From an uncultured delta proteobacterium (lineage in GTDB: Bacteria > Myxococcota_A > Polyangia > Polyangiales > Polyangiaceae), in NCBI GenBank assembly GCA_963696385.1, contig CAVOKF010000008.1, forward strand, positions 256,001 through 320,000: a stretch of 64,000 nucleotides of DNA. The letters are read 5' to 3'. Below the pieces are notes generated by a model that saw nothing but the letters and a program-made list of their open reading frames with translations, made no database searches and had not been told where the DNA came from. This document shows, piece by piece, positions 37,875 to 48,188 of this stretch. Position 1 is the stretch's first letter. Each line of letters opens with the position of its first letter. The position numbers and the translations under genes are program-made.

Positions 37875-40800
37875 GTGCCCGCTCAGCCGCTCGACTCCTT
37901 CGTTCCGCCCGTCGCCGACTGGTTCCGGGCCGCACTGGGGGCACCGAGCGACGCCCAGGTCCTCGGATGGCCGGCAATCCGCCGCGGCGACTCGACGCTT
38001 CTGCTTGCGCCCACCGGATCCGGCAAGACGCTCGCGGCCTTCCTGGTCGCCATCGATCGCCTGCTGCGAAGAGGCGCTCCCCAGTCGCGCGCCGGGCGGG
38101 TGAGCGTCGTCTACGTGTCGCCTCTCAAGGCGCTCGCGGTCGACATCGAGCGCAACCTGCAAACGCCCCTGTCGGGCATCGCCGATTTCGCAGCGCGTGC
38201 CGGCATCGAGCTCTACCGCCCTACCGTCGACGTTCGCACCGGAGACACGCCCGGCACGCAAAGGGCACGGATGCGGCGCAGGCCAGCGGACATCCTCATT
38301 ACGACACCGGAGTCGTTGTACTTGATGCTCACGTCGGCCGCGCGCGACGCCCTCGAGTTCGTAGAAACGCTCATCATCGACGAGGTTCACGCGCTCGTGC
38401 CGACCAAGCGCGGCGCACACCTGATGGTGTCGGTCGAGCGGCTCGCGGCTCGGAGACCACCCGACGCCCCGCCGCTTCAACGCATTGGATTGAGCGCGAC
38501 GCAGCGGCCGATCGACGAAGCAGCCCGCTGGATCGGCGGATTCGAGAACCGGCTGGCCCGGCCCGTCACGATCGTCGATGTGGGGGCGCGAAAAGAGCTC
38601 GACCTGACCGTCGAGGCCATCCCCCCGGCCGTGCTCGGCGGCGCGCCGCTTCCGCCCGATCGAATCGATGCGACGCGGACTCCACCGGCGAGCGTGTGGC
38701 CCGATCTGCACACCCGCATCGTCAATCTGGTGCGCGGACATCGGGCGACGCTCGTCTTCGTGAACAGCCGCCGCCTGGCCGAGAGGCTCGCATCGGCGGT
38801 CAACGACCTTGCCGGCGAAGAAATCGCGCTCGCCCATCATGGCTCACTGTCGAGAGAGAGGAGGACGGCCATTGAAGACCGGCTGAAGCGCGGACAGTTG
38901 CGAGCGATCGTCGCCACGTCTTCTCTCGAACTCGGAATCGACATGGGTGCCCTCGATCTGGTGGTCCAGGTCGAGGCCCCACCGAGCGTCGCGTCGGGCC
39001 TGCAGCGCATCGGCCGGGCGTGCCACGGCCTCGGCGGAATTCCGCATGGCGTCCTGCTCCCGAAGCATCGGCAGGATCTGCTCGCGTGCGCGGCCGCCGC
39101 GATCAGCATGCGGACAGGGCAAGTCGAAGACACCTCTTATCCGCGCAACCCGCTCGATGTCCTCGCCCAGCACATCGTCGCCATGGCCGCGATGGATGAC
39201 GCTTCGGTCCCGGATCTCTTCGACCGCGTACGGCACGCGGCGCCCTTCGCGGATCTGCCGCGATCGGCCTTCGACGGCGTGCTCGACATGCTGAGTGGTC
39301 GTCATTTTTCCGACGACTTCGCGGAGCTCCGGCCGCGCATCACGTGGGATCGCCGCCGGGATATCGTCACGTCGCGCGCGGGCGCGCACAGGATCGCCGT
39401 AACGAACGGCGGAACGATCCCCGACCGCGGATCCTACGGGGTGTTCGCGGCGGCACCGGGCGGAGACCTCGGCGCCCGCGACCCCGGCCGTCGGGTCGGC
39501 GAGCTCGACGAAGAAATGGTGTTCGAATTGCGACCGGGCGAGGTGTTCACGCTCGGAGCGTCGTCGTGGCGCGCCGAAAGGATTACGGCCGACCGCGTGA
39601 TCGTCACGCCGGCGCCCGGTGAGCCCGGAAAGATGCCGTTCTGGCACGGCGATCGACCCGGTCGGGCACGCGCCCTCGGACTGCGCATCGGAGAGCTCGT
39701 CCGGCGCGTGGCTGACCGAGACCTGGCGCCGTCCGATCTTCGGTCGACCCATGCGCTCGACGCGGTCGCCGCGGATGCACTGGTCGGCTACGTCCGCCGG
39801 CAAGTCGAGGCCGGACAGGTGCCGCACGATCGCGCCGTGGTGATCGAACGGTTCGTGGACGAAGCCGGCGACTGGCGCATCGTGGTCCTCTGCCCTCTGG
39901 GCACCGCCGTCCTCACACCCTGGACGATGGCGATTGCCGCGAGGCTGCGCGAGACGTACGGCCCCGTCGACTACCACACGACCAACGACGGATTCGCGCT
40001 TCGGGTCCCGGCGTGCGACGCACCGCCTTCCGCCGAGCGTATCGTGCCGTCACCCGTGGAGATCGAGGCCATGGTCACGGCCTGCCTGCAGGGCACCGCA
40101 CTCTTCGCGGCACGATTCCGAGAGTGTGCCGCACGCGCTCTTCTTTTGCCCCGGCGCGACCCCACGCGCCGAACGCCCCTGTGGGTGCAGCGCAGGCGGG
40201 CCGCGAACCTGCTCGCCGTTGCGTCACGCCATCCGACGTTCCCGATCGTCCTGGAGACGTACCGCGAGTGCTTGCGCGACGTCTTCGACATGCCGGGACT
40301 CGTTTCGACCCTGCGCGATATCGCCGAGCGCCGAGTCCGCGTCACGACCGTGGACGCCCGAGGACCGTCGCCGTTCGCAGCCAGCATCCTATTCTCGTTC
40401 GCCGCTACCTTCGTCACCGAGAGTGCCGCGCCGCCGGCCGAGCGGCGCGCCCAGGCGTTGACGATCGACTTCGGTCGGTTGCGCGACCTCTTGGGCGACG
40501 CCGAGACCGAGCGGCTCCTGGATCCCGAGGTCATCGAAGACTACGAGCGCGGACTGCAGCGCATGGCCCGGCCGGTAACGAGCGCGGACGGCATTCACGA
40601 CATGCTGCTCGCGATCGGCGATCTGTCGGTGCCGGAAATCACCGCGCGTACCGCGCCCGCCGACCGCGCGAACGCCTGGGTGCGTGATCTGCTGAACGCG
40701 GGGCGCGTCGTCACGCTCCGGGTGGGCGGCCAGGATCGCCTCGTCGCGGCAGAGGACGCGGCAAAGTTTCGAGACGGCATCGGCATCGCGTTGCCCGACG

Positions 40801-42317
40801 GCATTGCCGAGGCGCTTCTCGATCGCGCCCTTCACGCGACGCGTGACCTGGTCGCGCGCTTCGCACGCACCCACGGCCCATTCACCCCCGACGACGTGGC
40901 GACGCGACTCGGTCTGGACCGCCCGACCGTCGATTCTGCGATCCACACGCTCGAACGCGAAGGGCGAATCGTGCGGGGCCCGTTCTTGCCGGCGGGCCCA
41001 GAACAGCCTTGGTGCGACGCCGACGTTCTCGATGCGGTCCGGCGGAACTCGCTCGCGCGGCTGCGGCGCGCCACAGAACCGGTCGACGCGCGCGCGCTCG
41101 CGCGGTTTTTGCCCGAATGGCAGGGGATTACGAGCAAGCGGCGCGGGCGCGACGCGCTTCTCGCCGTCATCGCCGAGCTCGAGGGGTGCCCGCTCATCGC
41201 CTCAGCGCTGGAGACGGAAATCCTGCCCGCACGCCTGCAGGACTATCGGCCATGGGATCTCGACGCACTGTCGGCGTCGGGCGAAGTGGTGTGGGCCGGA
41301 ATCGAGGCGCTGGGAGCGACCGACGGACGCATCGCCTTTTACCTCGCGAAACGAGAGACCTTGCTCGCCCGCGCGATCGTGCCGGTCGAGGGTGCGATGG
41401 CCAAGGCGCTGCGCGACACTCTGGCGCAACGCGGCGCCGTCTTCTTCTCGGACCTCGCGCGCGCGGTCGGGGGCTTTCCCGGCGAAGTGCTCGAGGTCCT
41501 CTGGCAGATGGTATGGGCCGGGGAAGTCACCAACGACACGATTGAGCCCTTGCGCGCCCGGGCCCTGTCGCCGCGCCGCCATCGCCCGGGCCGCCCCCCA
41601 CGCCCGCCGCTCGCCTCCCGGGGCGGCGAAGGACGGTGGTCGCTTCGCACCTCGCGCTGGTCCTCACGGCCGAGCGACGTGGAGCGCCGAACGGCGCTGG
41701 CGCAGGTGCTGCTCCAACGATACGGAATCGTGACCCGCGAGGTCGCGCGCGCCGAGGCCGTCCTTGGCGGATTCTCGTCGGTGTACCGAGTGCTCAAGAT
41801 TCTCGAAGACCAGGGGCACGTGCGCCGCGGCTACTTCGTGGAAGGGCGCGGCGGGGCCCAATTCGCGTGGCCGGGAGCGGACGAACGCTTGCGGGATCGA
41901 CACGAGGGGCAAGGCGCCTCCCTACCCCTGGTGTTGGCCGCGAGCGATCCCGCCAATGCATGGGGCGCTGTTCTCGATTGGCCTTCCGGCCGGGGCGACG
42001 AGCGCCCGCAGCGAAGCGCCGGAGCGCTCGTCGTGTTGCAAGACGGCGCCTTGCTCGGATGGCTCGGCCGCCGCGACCGCTGCCTGCTCACGTTCATGCC
42101 CGATGACCCCGACCGCCGGTTGGAAGCGGCAGCGGCGCTCGGGGCTGCTCTCGCAGGCTTGGTCGACGGGACGCGCAGGCGAGCGTTGCTCTTGTCGACG
42201 ATCGACGGCGTCGACGCCGCACGAAGCGACGTGGCACGATCGTTGGTCCAAGCCGGGTTCGCTCCGACCGCGAGCGGGTTGGTTCGACGCCGGGCGCGCC
42301 TGCCCGAGGGGCCGTGA
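37875..42317 (+). CDS. lhr: Large Lhr-type ATP-dependent helicase
   Basis: APTGSGKT, SPLKAL, TTPESL, DEVH, GLSATQ, HHGSLS, SSLELGID, QRIGRA; C-terminal RRGYFVEGRGGAQFA and DPAN. Confidence 0.93.
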   Translation: MPAQPLDSFVPPVADWFRAALGAPSDAQVLGWPAIRRGDSTLLLAPTGSGKTLAAFLVAIDRLLRRGAPQSRAGRVSVVYVSPLKALAVDIERNLQTPLSGIADFAARAGIELYRPTVDVRTGDTPGTQRARMRRRPADILITTPESLYLMLTSAARDALEFVETLIIDEVHALVPTKRGAHLMVSVERLAARRPPDAPPLQRIGLSATQRPIDEAARWIGGFENRLARPVTIVDVGARKELDLTVEAIPPAVLGGAPLPPDRIDATRTPPASVWPDLHTRIVNLVRGHRATLVFVNSRRLAERLASAVNDLAGEEIALAHHGSLSRERRTAIEDRLKRGQLRAIVATSSLELGIDMGALDLVVQVEAPPSVASGLQRIGRACHGLGGIPHGVLLPKHRQDLLACAAAAISMRTGQVEDTSYPRNPLDVLAQHIVAMAAMDDASVPDLFDRVRHAAPFADLPRSAFDGVLDMLSGRHFSDDFAELRPRITWDRRRDIVTSRAGAHRIAVTNGGTIPDRGSYGVFAAAPGGDLGARDPGRRVGELDEEMVFELRPGEVFTLGASSWRAERITADRVIVTPAPGEPGKMPFWHGDRPGRARALGLRIGELVRRVADRDLAPSDLRSTHALDAVAADALVGYVRRQVEAGQVPHDRAVVIERFVDEAGDWRIVVLCPLGTAVLTPWTMAIAARLRETYGPVDYHTTNDGFALRVPACDAPPSAERIVPSPVEIEAMVTACLQGTALFAARFRECAARALLLPRRDPTRRTPLWVQRRRAANLLAVASRHPTFPIVLETYRECLRDVFDMPGLVSTLRDIAERRVRVTTVDARGPSPFAASILFSFAATFVTESAAPPAERRAQALTIDFGRLRDLLGDAETERLLDPEVIEDYERGLQRMARPVTSADGIHDMLLAIGDLSVPEITARTAPADRANAWVRDLLNAGRVVTLRVGGQDRLVAAEDAAKFRDGIGIALPDGIAEALLDRALHATRDLVARFARTHGPFTPDDVATRLGLDRPTVDSAIHTLEREGRIVRGPFLPAGPEQPWCDADVLDAVRRNSLARLRRATEPVDARALARFLPEWQGITSKRRGRDALLAVIAELEGCPLIASALETEILPARLQDYRPWDLDALSASGEVVWAGIEALGATDGRIAFYLAKRETLLARAIVPVEGAMAKALRDTLAQRGAVFFSDLARAVGGFPGEVLEVLWQMVWAGEVTNDTIEPLRARALSPRRHRPGRPPRPPLASRGGEGRWSLRTSRWSSRPSDVERRTALAQVLLQRYGIVTREVARAEAVLGGFSSVYRVLKILEDQGHVRRGYFVEGRGGAQFAWPGADERLRDRHEGQGASLPLVLAASDPANAWGAVLDWPSGRGDERPQRSAGALVVLQDGALLGWLGRRDRCLLTFMPDDPDRRLEAAAALGAALAGLVDGTRRRALLLSTIDGVDAARSDVARSLVQAGFAPTASGLVRRRARLPEGP

Positions 42318-42973
42318 TCCGAGCGGCCGGCGGCGGGCCGCCCGAACGCTTGCCGCCGACTGCAGGCGGTGCCAGACTCGGGTCCAGTCGCACGGCCGAT
42401 CGATCCCAATCTCTGCTCGCCGAAATTCAGCGCGAGTTTCCCGACTTCAGGATTGTCCCGAAGCGAGACAGTGCGGTGCAGCGCGCGATCGCGATCGCGC
42501 TCCGCATCGTCACCGTCGGCGGGCAACGGCACTATCTAACGCGCTATCACACCGTGCTCTTCGGGCGACTCTACGTCCCGGACGCGTGGGACGCGATGAG
42601 CGACGACGCGCGCTACGTGCTCTTGCGCCACGAGCGCGTTCACCTTCGGCAGAGCCGGCGCATGGGCCAGGTGACGATGGCGTTCGTTTATCTGTTCCCA
42701 TGGTTGCCCTTGGTCTTATCCTGGGGTCGCGCACGCCTCGAATGGGAGGCGTACGTCGAAACGATTCGGGCTACGGCCGAGATTCACGGAATCGACGCAG
42801 CCCGCGACTTGGAAATAGAAATCGTCCGGCGCTACGTCGGTCCGGACTACGGATGGATGTGGCCCTTTCCGAAATCGATACGTCGCTGGTTTCATCACGT
42901 GATTGCAGAATTGGAGACCGAATTGGAGACCGAATCAGCCTGCGTCGATCGAGATCGGAAAAGGCGATCCTAG
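42314..42973 (+). CDS. Hypothetical protein with HEXXH motif (possible zinc metallopeptidase)
   Basis: LLRHERVHLRQ followed by EWEAY; coupled to lhr (GTGA) and to hsp70 (TAG-ATG). Confidence 0.7.
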   Translation: MIRAAGGGPPERLPPTAGGARLGSSRTADRSQSLLAEIQREFPDFRIVPKRDSAVQRAIAIALRIVTVGGQRHYLTRYHTVLFGRLYVPDAWDAMSDDARYVLLRHERVHLRQSRRMGQVTMAFVYLFPWLPLVLSWGRARLEWEAYVETIRATAEIHGIDAARDLEIEIVRRYVGPDYGWMWPFPKSIRRWFHHVIAELETELETESACVDRDRKRRS

Positions 42974-44746
42974 ATGGCAGTCGTCGGAATCGACCTCGGA
43001 ACGACGAACACCGTCGTCGCCTCCGTAGGCGGCGGCCGCGTGCAGGTCATCGCCGACGATCACGGGCGACGCCTTCTGCCGAGCGTCGTGTCGTTCCATC
43101 CGAGCGGCGAAGTCCTGGTCGGATACGCCGCAAAGGAACGAATTGCCATCGACGCCAAAAATACCATCGCCAGCGTCAAACGGCTCATTGGACGCGCATG
43201 GGATAGCGACGAGATAAGGCGGTCGCGGCAGCGCTTTGCGTTCGATCTCAAGGAAGGCGGCGGTCAGGGTCCCCTGGTGGTCGCGCGCGGTCACGAATAC
43301 ACGCTTCCGGAGATCAGCGCGTTCGTTCTCAAGCGGGCAAAGCAGGTGGCCGACAGCGCACTCGGCGAGCCCGTCGACCGAGCCGTGATCACCGTTCCGG
43401 CGAATTTCAACGAGCTGCAGCGCGCCGCCACGAAAGTCGCCGGGCGCATCGCGGGGCTCGATGTCCTGCGCATCATCAACGAGCCCACCGCCGCCGCGCT
43501 GGCGTACGGACTCGGGCGGGCGAATCGCGAACGGATCGCGATCTACGACTTCGGCGGCGGCACGTTCGACTGCACGCTCCTTCACCTGTCCGGAAGCGTC
43601 TTCGAAGTCCTGGCGACCGCCGGCGACAGCTTTCTCGGGGGCGACGACATCGATCTCGCGATTGCCGAACGCATGGCCGACGCGTTCGTCCGAGCGCACC
43701 GATACGACGCTCGCGCGCACCCGCAGGCGTTCGAGCGGCTGCGGTCCGCCGCGGAAGGCATCAAGATCGCGCTTTCGACGCAGCCGCAGGCGGTGGCAAA
43801 GCTGCGCGAAATCGCGTTCGGAGTGGGCGGTGCGCAGCTCGACCTCGACTTCACCATGACCCGAGACGAGCTCGACGCCATCGCGGCTCCGCTGGTCGAG
43901 CGCACGTTCATGGTCTGTCAAGAAGCGCTCTCGATGGCGCGGCTCCCCGTCGCGGCGTTCGACAAGGTGATCCTCGTAGGCGGCACGACGCGCGTAAAGC
44001 TCGTACGGCGGCGGGTGGAGCACTTCTTTCGCAGAGATCCGCTCGACCGGGTCAACCCGGAGGAGGTCGTCGCGATGGGAGCGGCCATTCAGGCGGCCGC
44101 GCTCACCGACCTGTCGCGACGCCACAGTGTCCCTCCGCCGCCCGCGACCTCGACCTGGCGAACGCCGCCGCCCGAGGCCGGATTGGACGACGACGACATC
44201 ACGCTCGCGACTTCGGTGCCCGCGCAGATTGCCGCTTTGCATCGGTCGTCACGGCCTCCGGCCGGCGGTTTCGAACCCGTGCGGCCCAGTTCGTCACCGC
44301 CCTCCTCGGGGCCGGGCGGCCTCGTAGGCGCCCCGGTGCTGGTCGACGTGACGCCGCGCGCCCTCGTCGTCGAAACCGTCGGCGGTTGGTGCGATGTCGT
44401 CGTACCCCGCAACGCTAAAATTCCGTGCGAACACTCCAGAGCCTTCGCCACGTCGGCCGACGGGCAAACGGTCGTGCGGGTGCGCGTGGCGCAGGGCGAG
44501 GAGGCGTTCTTTCGCCACAACACGTTTCTGGGCGAGGTCGAGTTGACGGGGCTTCGCGCCGCCGCGCGCGGCGGGGTGACCATCCAGGTGCGCTTCGAGG
44601 TGGACGAAAGCGGGACGTTGCAGGTCTTTGCCACCGATGTAGCCACCGGCCGCGAGGCTCACGCGCTTTTGCAGCTCGTGGGAATCGCCGGAGCACAGAG
44701 CGTGGCCGAGATGCGCGTGCGTCACGCTGCGGTCCAGGTACGTTGA
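42974..44746 (+). CDS. Atypical Hsp70-family protein
   Basis: GIDLGTTN, TVPANF, INEPTAAALAYG, DFGGGTFD, LVGGTTR; Pro-rich insert before LVDVTP; little or no lid. Confidence 0.9.
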   Translation: MAVVGIDLGTTNTVVASVGGGRVQVIADDHGRRLLPSVVSFHPSGEVLVGYAAKERIAIDAKNTIASVKRLIGRAWDSDEIRRSRQRFAFDLKEGGGQGPLVVARGHEYTLPEISAFVLKRAKQVADSALGEPVDRAVITVPANFNELQRAATKVAGRIAGLDVLRIINEPTAAALAYGLGRANRERIAIYDFGGGTFDCTLLHLSGSVFEVLATAGDSFLGGDDIDLAIAERMADAFVRAHRYDARAHPQAFERLRSAAEGIKIALSTQPQAVAKLREIAFGVGGAQLDLDFTMTRDELDAIAAPLVERTFMVCQEALSMARLPVAAFDKVILVGGTTRVKLVRRRVEHFFRRDPLDRVNPEEVVAMGAAIQAAALTDLSRRHSVPPPPATSTWRTPPPEAGLDDDDITLATSVPAQIAALHRSSRPPAGGFEPVRPSSSPPSSGPGGLVGAPVLVDVTPRALVVETVGGWCDVVVPRNAKIPCEHSRAFATSADGQTVVRVRVAQGEEAFFRHNTFLGEVELTGLRAAARGGVTIQVRFEVDESGTLQVFATDVATGREAHALLQLVGIAGAQSVAEMRVRHAAVQVR

Positions 44747-44762
44747 CGGGCGGAGACGATCG

Positions 44763-45308
44763 ATGAGCAGCTCCAGCCAATCCAACGAGTACATCCTGGC
44801 ATGGGTCGAATTGCTGGATGATCTCACCTATTACGAACTTTTCGGCATACCCCCCGCCGCCAGCGAGGACGATGTCCGTGCAGCGTTTCACCGGTTCTGC
44901 GACGCATTTCACCCCGACAGGCATTTTGGCCGGCGACAGGAAGAGCGGGCGGCACTGTCGAGGATCTTCAAGCGCGGCACCGAGGCCTGTCTCATCCTCT
45001 CGGACGCGGTGCTTCGCGCTCAATACGACGGACAGCTCGGCACGACCGCGGAAAACCGGCCGCCACGCATGCATCAGGCCCAGCGAACCCGCCCTCCGAG
45101 CCAGGCTTCCGCCTTGCCACGTCTCGAAGAGGCGGCCCGATCGCCCTCGTCTCGCCCCTTCGCCCGCCGCGCCGAGGAGCTCATGCAGATCGGCGACTTT
45201 CGGCAAGCCAAGCTGCAGCTGGTCATGGCCAATCATCTCGACCCGGACAACCGCGTGCTCGAAAGCGCACTCAAGCAAATCGAAGCGCGGTTGGCAGGGC
45301 CCAAGTAG
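44763..45308 (+). CDS. J-domain protein with C-terminal TPR
   Basis: YYELFG, FHPDRH, LRAQYD; single TPR ending LDPDN. Confidence 0.85.
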   Translation: MSSSSQSNEYILAWVELLDDLTYYELFGIPPAASEDDVRAAFHRFCDAFHPDRHFGRRQEERAALSRIFKRGTEACLILSDAVLRAQYDGQLGTTAENRPPRMHQAQRTRPPSQASALPRLEEAARSPSSRPFARRAEELMQIGDFRQAKLQLVMANHLDPDNRVLESALKQIEARLAGPK

Positions 45309-45329
45309 GCGCGCTAGCGTGCGTTTTAC

Positions 45330-46055
45330 ATGACGCGCCAGCGACACCGGCCGGTCGACGTCGTCGCGCAGACGCTGGTGGCCGTGACAGCCATCCTGTT
45401 CGTCTGCGAGATCCTGTTCGTCTTCCTGGTCGCGCCGATCGAAGCTCGAATGGGCATCGTGCAAAAGATCTTCTATTTCCACGTACCCAGCGCTTACGCC
45501 GTCTACATCGGAGCCGCCGCGTGTTTCGGCGGATCGATCGCATACTTGGCGCACCCATCCGACGTCGCGGACGCGATCGCGCGGGCAGGGGCCGAGGCGG
45601 CGGTCGCGTTCGGTGCGATTGTCTTGACGACCGGACCGCTCTGGGGTGCGAAGGCGTGGGGGGCGTTCTGGACATGGGATCCGCGCCTGACCACCGAGCT
45701 TTTGAGCGTTCTCATCTACGTCGCGTACCTGGTGCTCCGCACGTTTGCGGGGGACGGACCGGGCGAGCGCCGGTTCGCCGCAGCGCTCGGCGTCGTCGGC
45801 GCGGCCAATCTACCGATCATCCACTACAGCGTTCAAAAGTGGGGAGGGCAGCACCCGATGGTCATCACCGGCCGGGGGGGCGGACTTCAACATCCAGACA
45901 TGAAGATGGCGATCGCATTAGGGTTTTTGGCATTCACGCTTCTGGCCGTTTTGATCATCTGGATGCGCGCACGGGTGGAAATCGCGTCGAGTCGATTGCG
46001 GCAAGCCGAAGAGGACGCCGTCGATCTCGGCCTGGACACGAGGACGGAAGCATGA
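45330..46055 (+). CDS. ccmC: Cytochrome c biogenesis heme exporter protein C
   Basis: IFYFHVP, WWD domain TGPLWGAKAWGAFWTWDPRLT, PIIHYSVQKW, QHP. Confidence 0.9.
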   Translation: MTRQRHRPVDVVAQTLVAVTAILFVCEILFVFLVAPIEARMGIVQKIFYFHVPSAYAVYIGAAACFGGSIAYLAHPSDVADAIARAGAEAAVAFGAIVLTTGPLWGAKAWGAFWTWDPRLTTELLSVLIYVAYLVLRTFAGDGPGERRFAAALGVVGAANLPIIHYSVQKWGGQHPMVITGRGGGLQHPDMKMAIALGFLAFTLLAVLIIWMRARVEIASSRLRQAEEDAVDLGLDTRTEA

Positions 46056-46315
46056 CGCAACCATCCACGTCGCTGGCGCACGGACCGGAGGACCGCGCGA
46101 CGTCGTTTCAGGCGGTGCAGGGGCCTGCCGAGCCGCACTACAGCGGAGAGGTCCTTCTCGTGACGGCCTACGCCATCGTCTGGGCCGTCGTTCTCCTCTG
46201 GGTGGCGCTCATCTGGCGAAAGCAGAGCGGTCTGAACACCCGGCTGGACGAGCTCGAGCGGGTGATCGACAAGGCCGCCGCGCAAGCCCCGGCCGGCGTT
46301 CGCGACGTCGAATGA
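46052..46315 (+). CDS. ccmD: CcmD-like small membrane protein (87 aa)
   Basis: ATGA overlap with ccmC; one TM helix (LLVTAYAIVWAVVLLWV) followed by a coiled coil. Confidence 0.7.
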   Translation: MTQPSTSLAHGPEDRATSFQAVQGPAEPHYSGEVLLVTAYAIVWAVVLLWVALIWRKQSGLNTRLDELERVIDKAAAQAPAGVRDVE

Positions 46316-46319
46316 ACCG

Positions 46320-46454
46320 ATGAACGCGCCGGGCTCGGAGCACTTCATCTTCATTCCTGGTGTGCTGCTCGTGGGCCTCGTGCTCGGCTACATCATGGGC
46401 ATGCGCGCGGCCAAGTCCGAATTCGAACGCCGCCGCCGACGCGCGCGGCAATGA
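46320..46454 (+). CDS. 44-aa single-TM protein absent from the ORF track
   Basis: MNAPGSEHFIFIPGVLLVGLVLGYIMGMRAAKSEFERRRRRARQ; fills the gap after ccmD. Confidence 0.65.
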   Translation: MNAPGSEHFIFIPGVLLVGLVLGYIMGMRAAKSEFERRRRRARQ

Positions 46455-46496
46455 ATGCCATCGGTCGGTGCGACCGCCGAGAAACGAGGCCCTGCC

Positions 46497-47642
46497 ATGT
46501 TCGACTTCGAGCCCAGCGACGAGCAACGCGAGCTCGTCGACACCACGCGACGATTCGTGCGAGAGCGCGTCACCCCGATCGCAGCCGAGTGCGATCGCGA
46601 ATCGCGCTTTCCGAGGGAGGTCTTCGAAGAGGCGTACGCCCTCGGCCTGGTCAATCCCACTTTACCGGCCGAGCACGGGGGCACGGGGCTCGGCGACGTC
46701 GACGACTCGCTCATCACCGAAGAGATCGCCTACGGCTGCACCGGCATCCAAACGAGCTTCACGGCCAACACGCTCGGGATGACGCCGATCAAGCTCGCGG
46801 GGAGCGCGGAGCAAAAGAAAAAGTATCTCGGATGGCTCGCGACCGAGCCGATTCTCGTTTCGTATGCGACGAGCGAGCCCTCGATGGGCAGCGACGTGGC
46901 GGGGATGCAGTGCCGAGCGATCCCGGACGGCGCCGGCGGCTACGTGATCAACGGCACCAAGCAATGGATTACCAATGGCACGCTCGCGAGCTTCTACGTG
47001 GTGTTCGCGACTCAGGATCCGGCGCTGAAACACCGCGGCATCGGCGCGTTCATCGTCGAACGCAGCCAATCCGGGGTGAAGCCCGGCCGTCACGAAGACA
47101 AGCTCGGCCAGCGCGCGAGCGATACGGCCGCGGTCGTGCTCGAAGAGGTCCGCGTCCCCGCGCATCAGGTGCTCGCACCACCGGGTCACGGTTTCAAACT
47201 GGCGATGGAGACGTTCAACCAGACCCGGCCGGCCATCGGCGCGAGCGCGGTCGGCCTCATGCGCCGATGCCTCGACGAGTGCCTCCGCTACGCGCGGGAG
47301 CGAACCGCATTTGGAGTCCCCATCGGCGATCACCAGCTCGTCCAAGCGATGCTCGCCGAGATGAAGATCCGGATCGAGGCGACCAGCCTGTTGGTCCGCA
47401 AGGCCGCGTGGGGCCTCGATCGAGGAATCCGCGACCCGGTCATTTCCTCGTGCGCGAAGGCGTACGGCGCCGATAGCGCGATGCAAACGGCGATCGATGC
47501 GGTCCAGATCTTCGGCGGTTACGGGTACGTGAAGGAATTTCCGGTGGAAAAGCTCATGCGCGATGCCAAAATCCTCCAGATCTACGAGGGCACAGCCCAG
47601 ATTCAGCGGCTGCTCATCGCACGAAACGTTCTCGGACGTTGA
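46497..47642 (+). CDS. Acyl-CoA dehydrogenase
   Basis: SEPSMGSDVA, NGTKQWITNG, KLGQRASDT, QIFGGYGY, RDAKILQIYEGTAQIQ. Confidence 0.95.
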   Translation: MFDFEPSDEQRELVDTTRRFVRERVTPIAAECDRESRFPREVFEEAYALGLVNPTLPAEHGGTGLGDVDDSLITEEIAYGCTGIQTSFTANTLGMTPIKLAGSAEQKKKYLGWLATEPILVSYATSEPSMGSDVAGMQCRAIPDGAGGYVINGTKQWITNGTLASFYVVFATQDPALKHRGIGAFIVERSQSGVKPGRHEDKLGQRASDTAAVVLEEVRVPAHQVLAPPGHGFKLAMETFNQTRPAIGASAVGLMRRCLDECLRYARERTAFGVPIGDHQLVQAMLAEMKIRIEATSLLVRKAAWGLDRGIRDPVISSCAKAYGADSAMQTAIDAVQIFGGYGYVKEFPVEKLMRDAKILQIYEGTAQIQRLLIARNVLGR

Positions 47643-48145
47643 GTCCGTGGGACCGCGCTCCGTGGCGTGCGAGGCCCGTGCCGTGGGTCGCCCTCGCTTG
47701 CTGGTCGTGCTCGGCAAGCGCCCGCGACGTCGTGCCGGCATCCCGCGACGAGGTCGTCGACGTGTCGATGTCGGCTCGCTCCTCAGGCGGATACGACTAC
47801 ATCGCACGAGGGCCGCTCGCCGTCGTCGCCCTCGCTGAAGCACGCGGTATCGCCGCGGCCGCCGCGCATGCCGCGGTCGATCGACTCGCCAGCGCCCTCG
47901 ACATTTGCGTCCGAAACCGCGGGCGCCAGTCCGACCCGATTCACGGAGCGGCCCGGGTGATCGCCCAAGTGACACCGGACGGCACCGTCGCCGCGACGAG
48001 CCTTCGAATCGATCCCGGGTCCGCACCCGTCGACATCGCCGTGATCTGCCTGCTCGCGCCGACCCGGATGTTGACCTTTGGGCCGACGGATGCGGGTACG
48101 AGGGGCCTCGCGATCGAAGCCATCTGGGGGCCCGTCACACCGTAG
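47639..48145 (+). CDS. Hypothetical protein, possibly a lipoprotein
   Basis: Overlaps upstream stop; short hydrophobic leader with Cys; two further Cys. Confidence 0.5.
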   Translation: MSPWDRAPWRARPVPWVALACWSCSASARDVVPASRDEVVDVSMSARSSGGYDYIARGPLAVVALAEARGIAAAAAHAAVDRLASALDICVRNRGRQSDPIHGAARVIAQVTPDGTVAATSLRIDPGSAPVDIAVICLLAPTRMLTFGPTDAGTRGLAIEAIWGPVTP

Positions 48146-48188
48146 GCCGTTCGCGACTTTCAGGCGACCGGTAGAGCGGCGGGCACCG

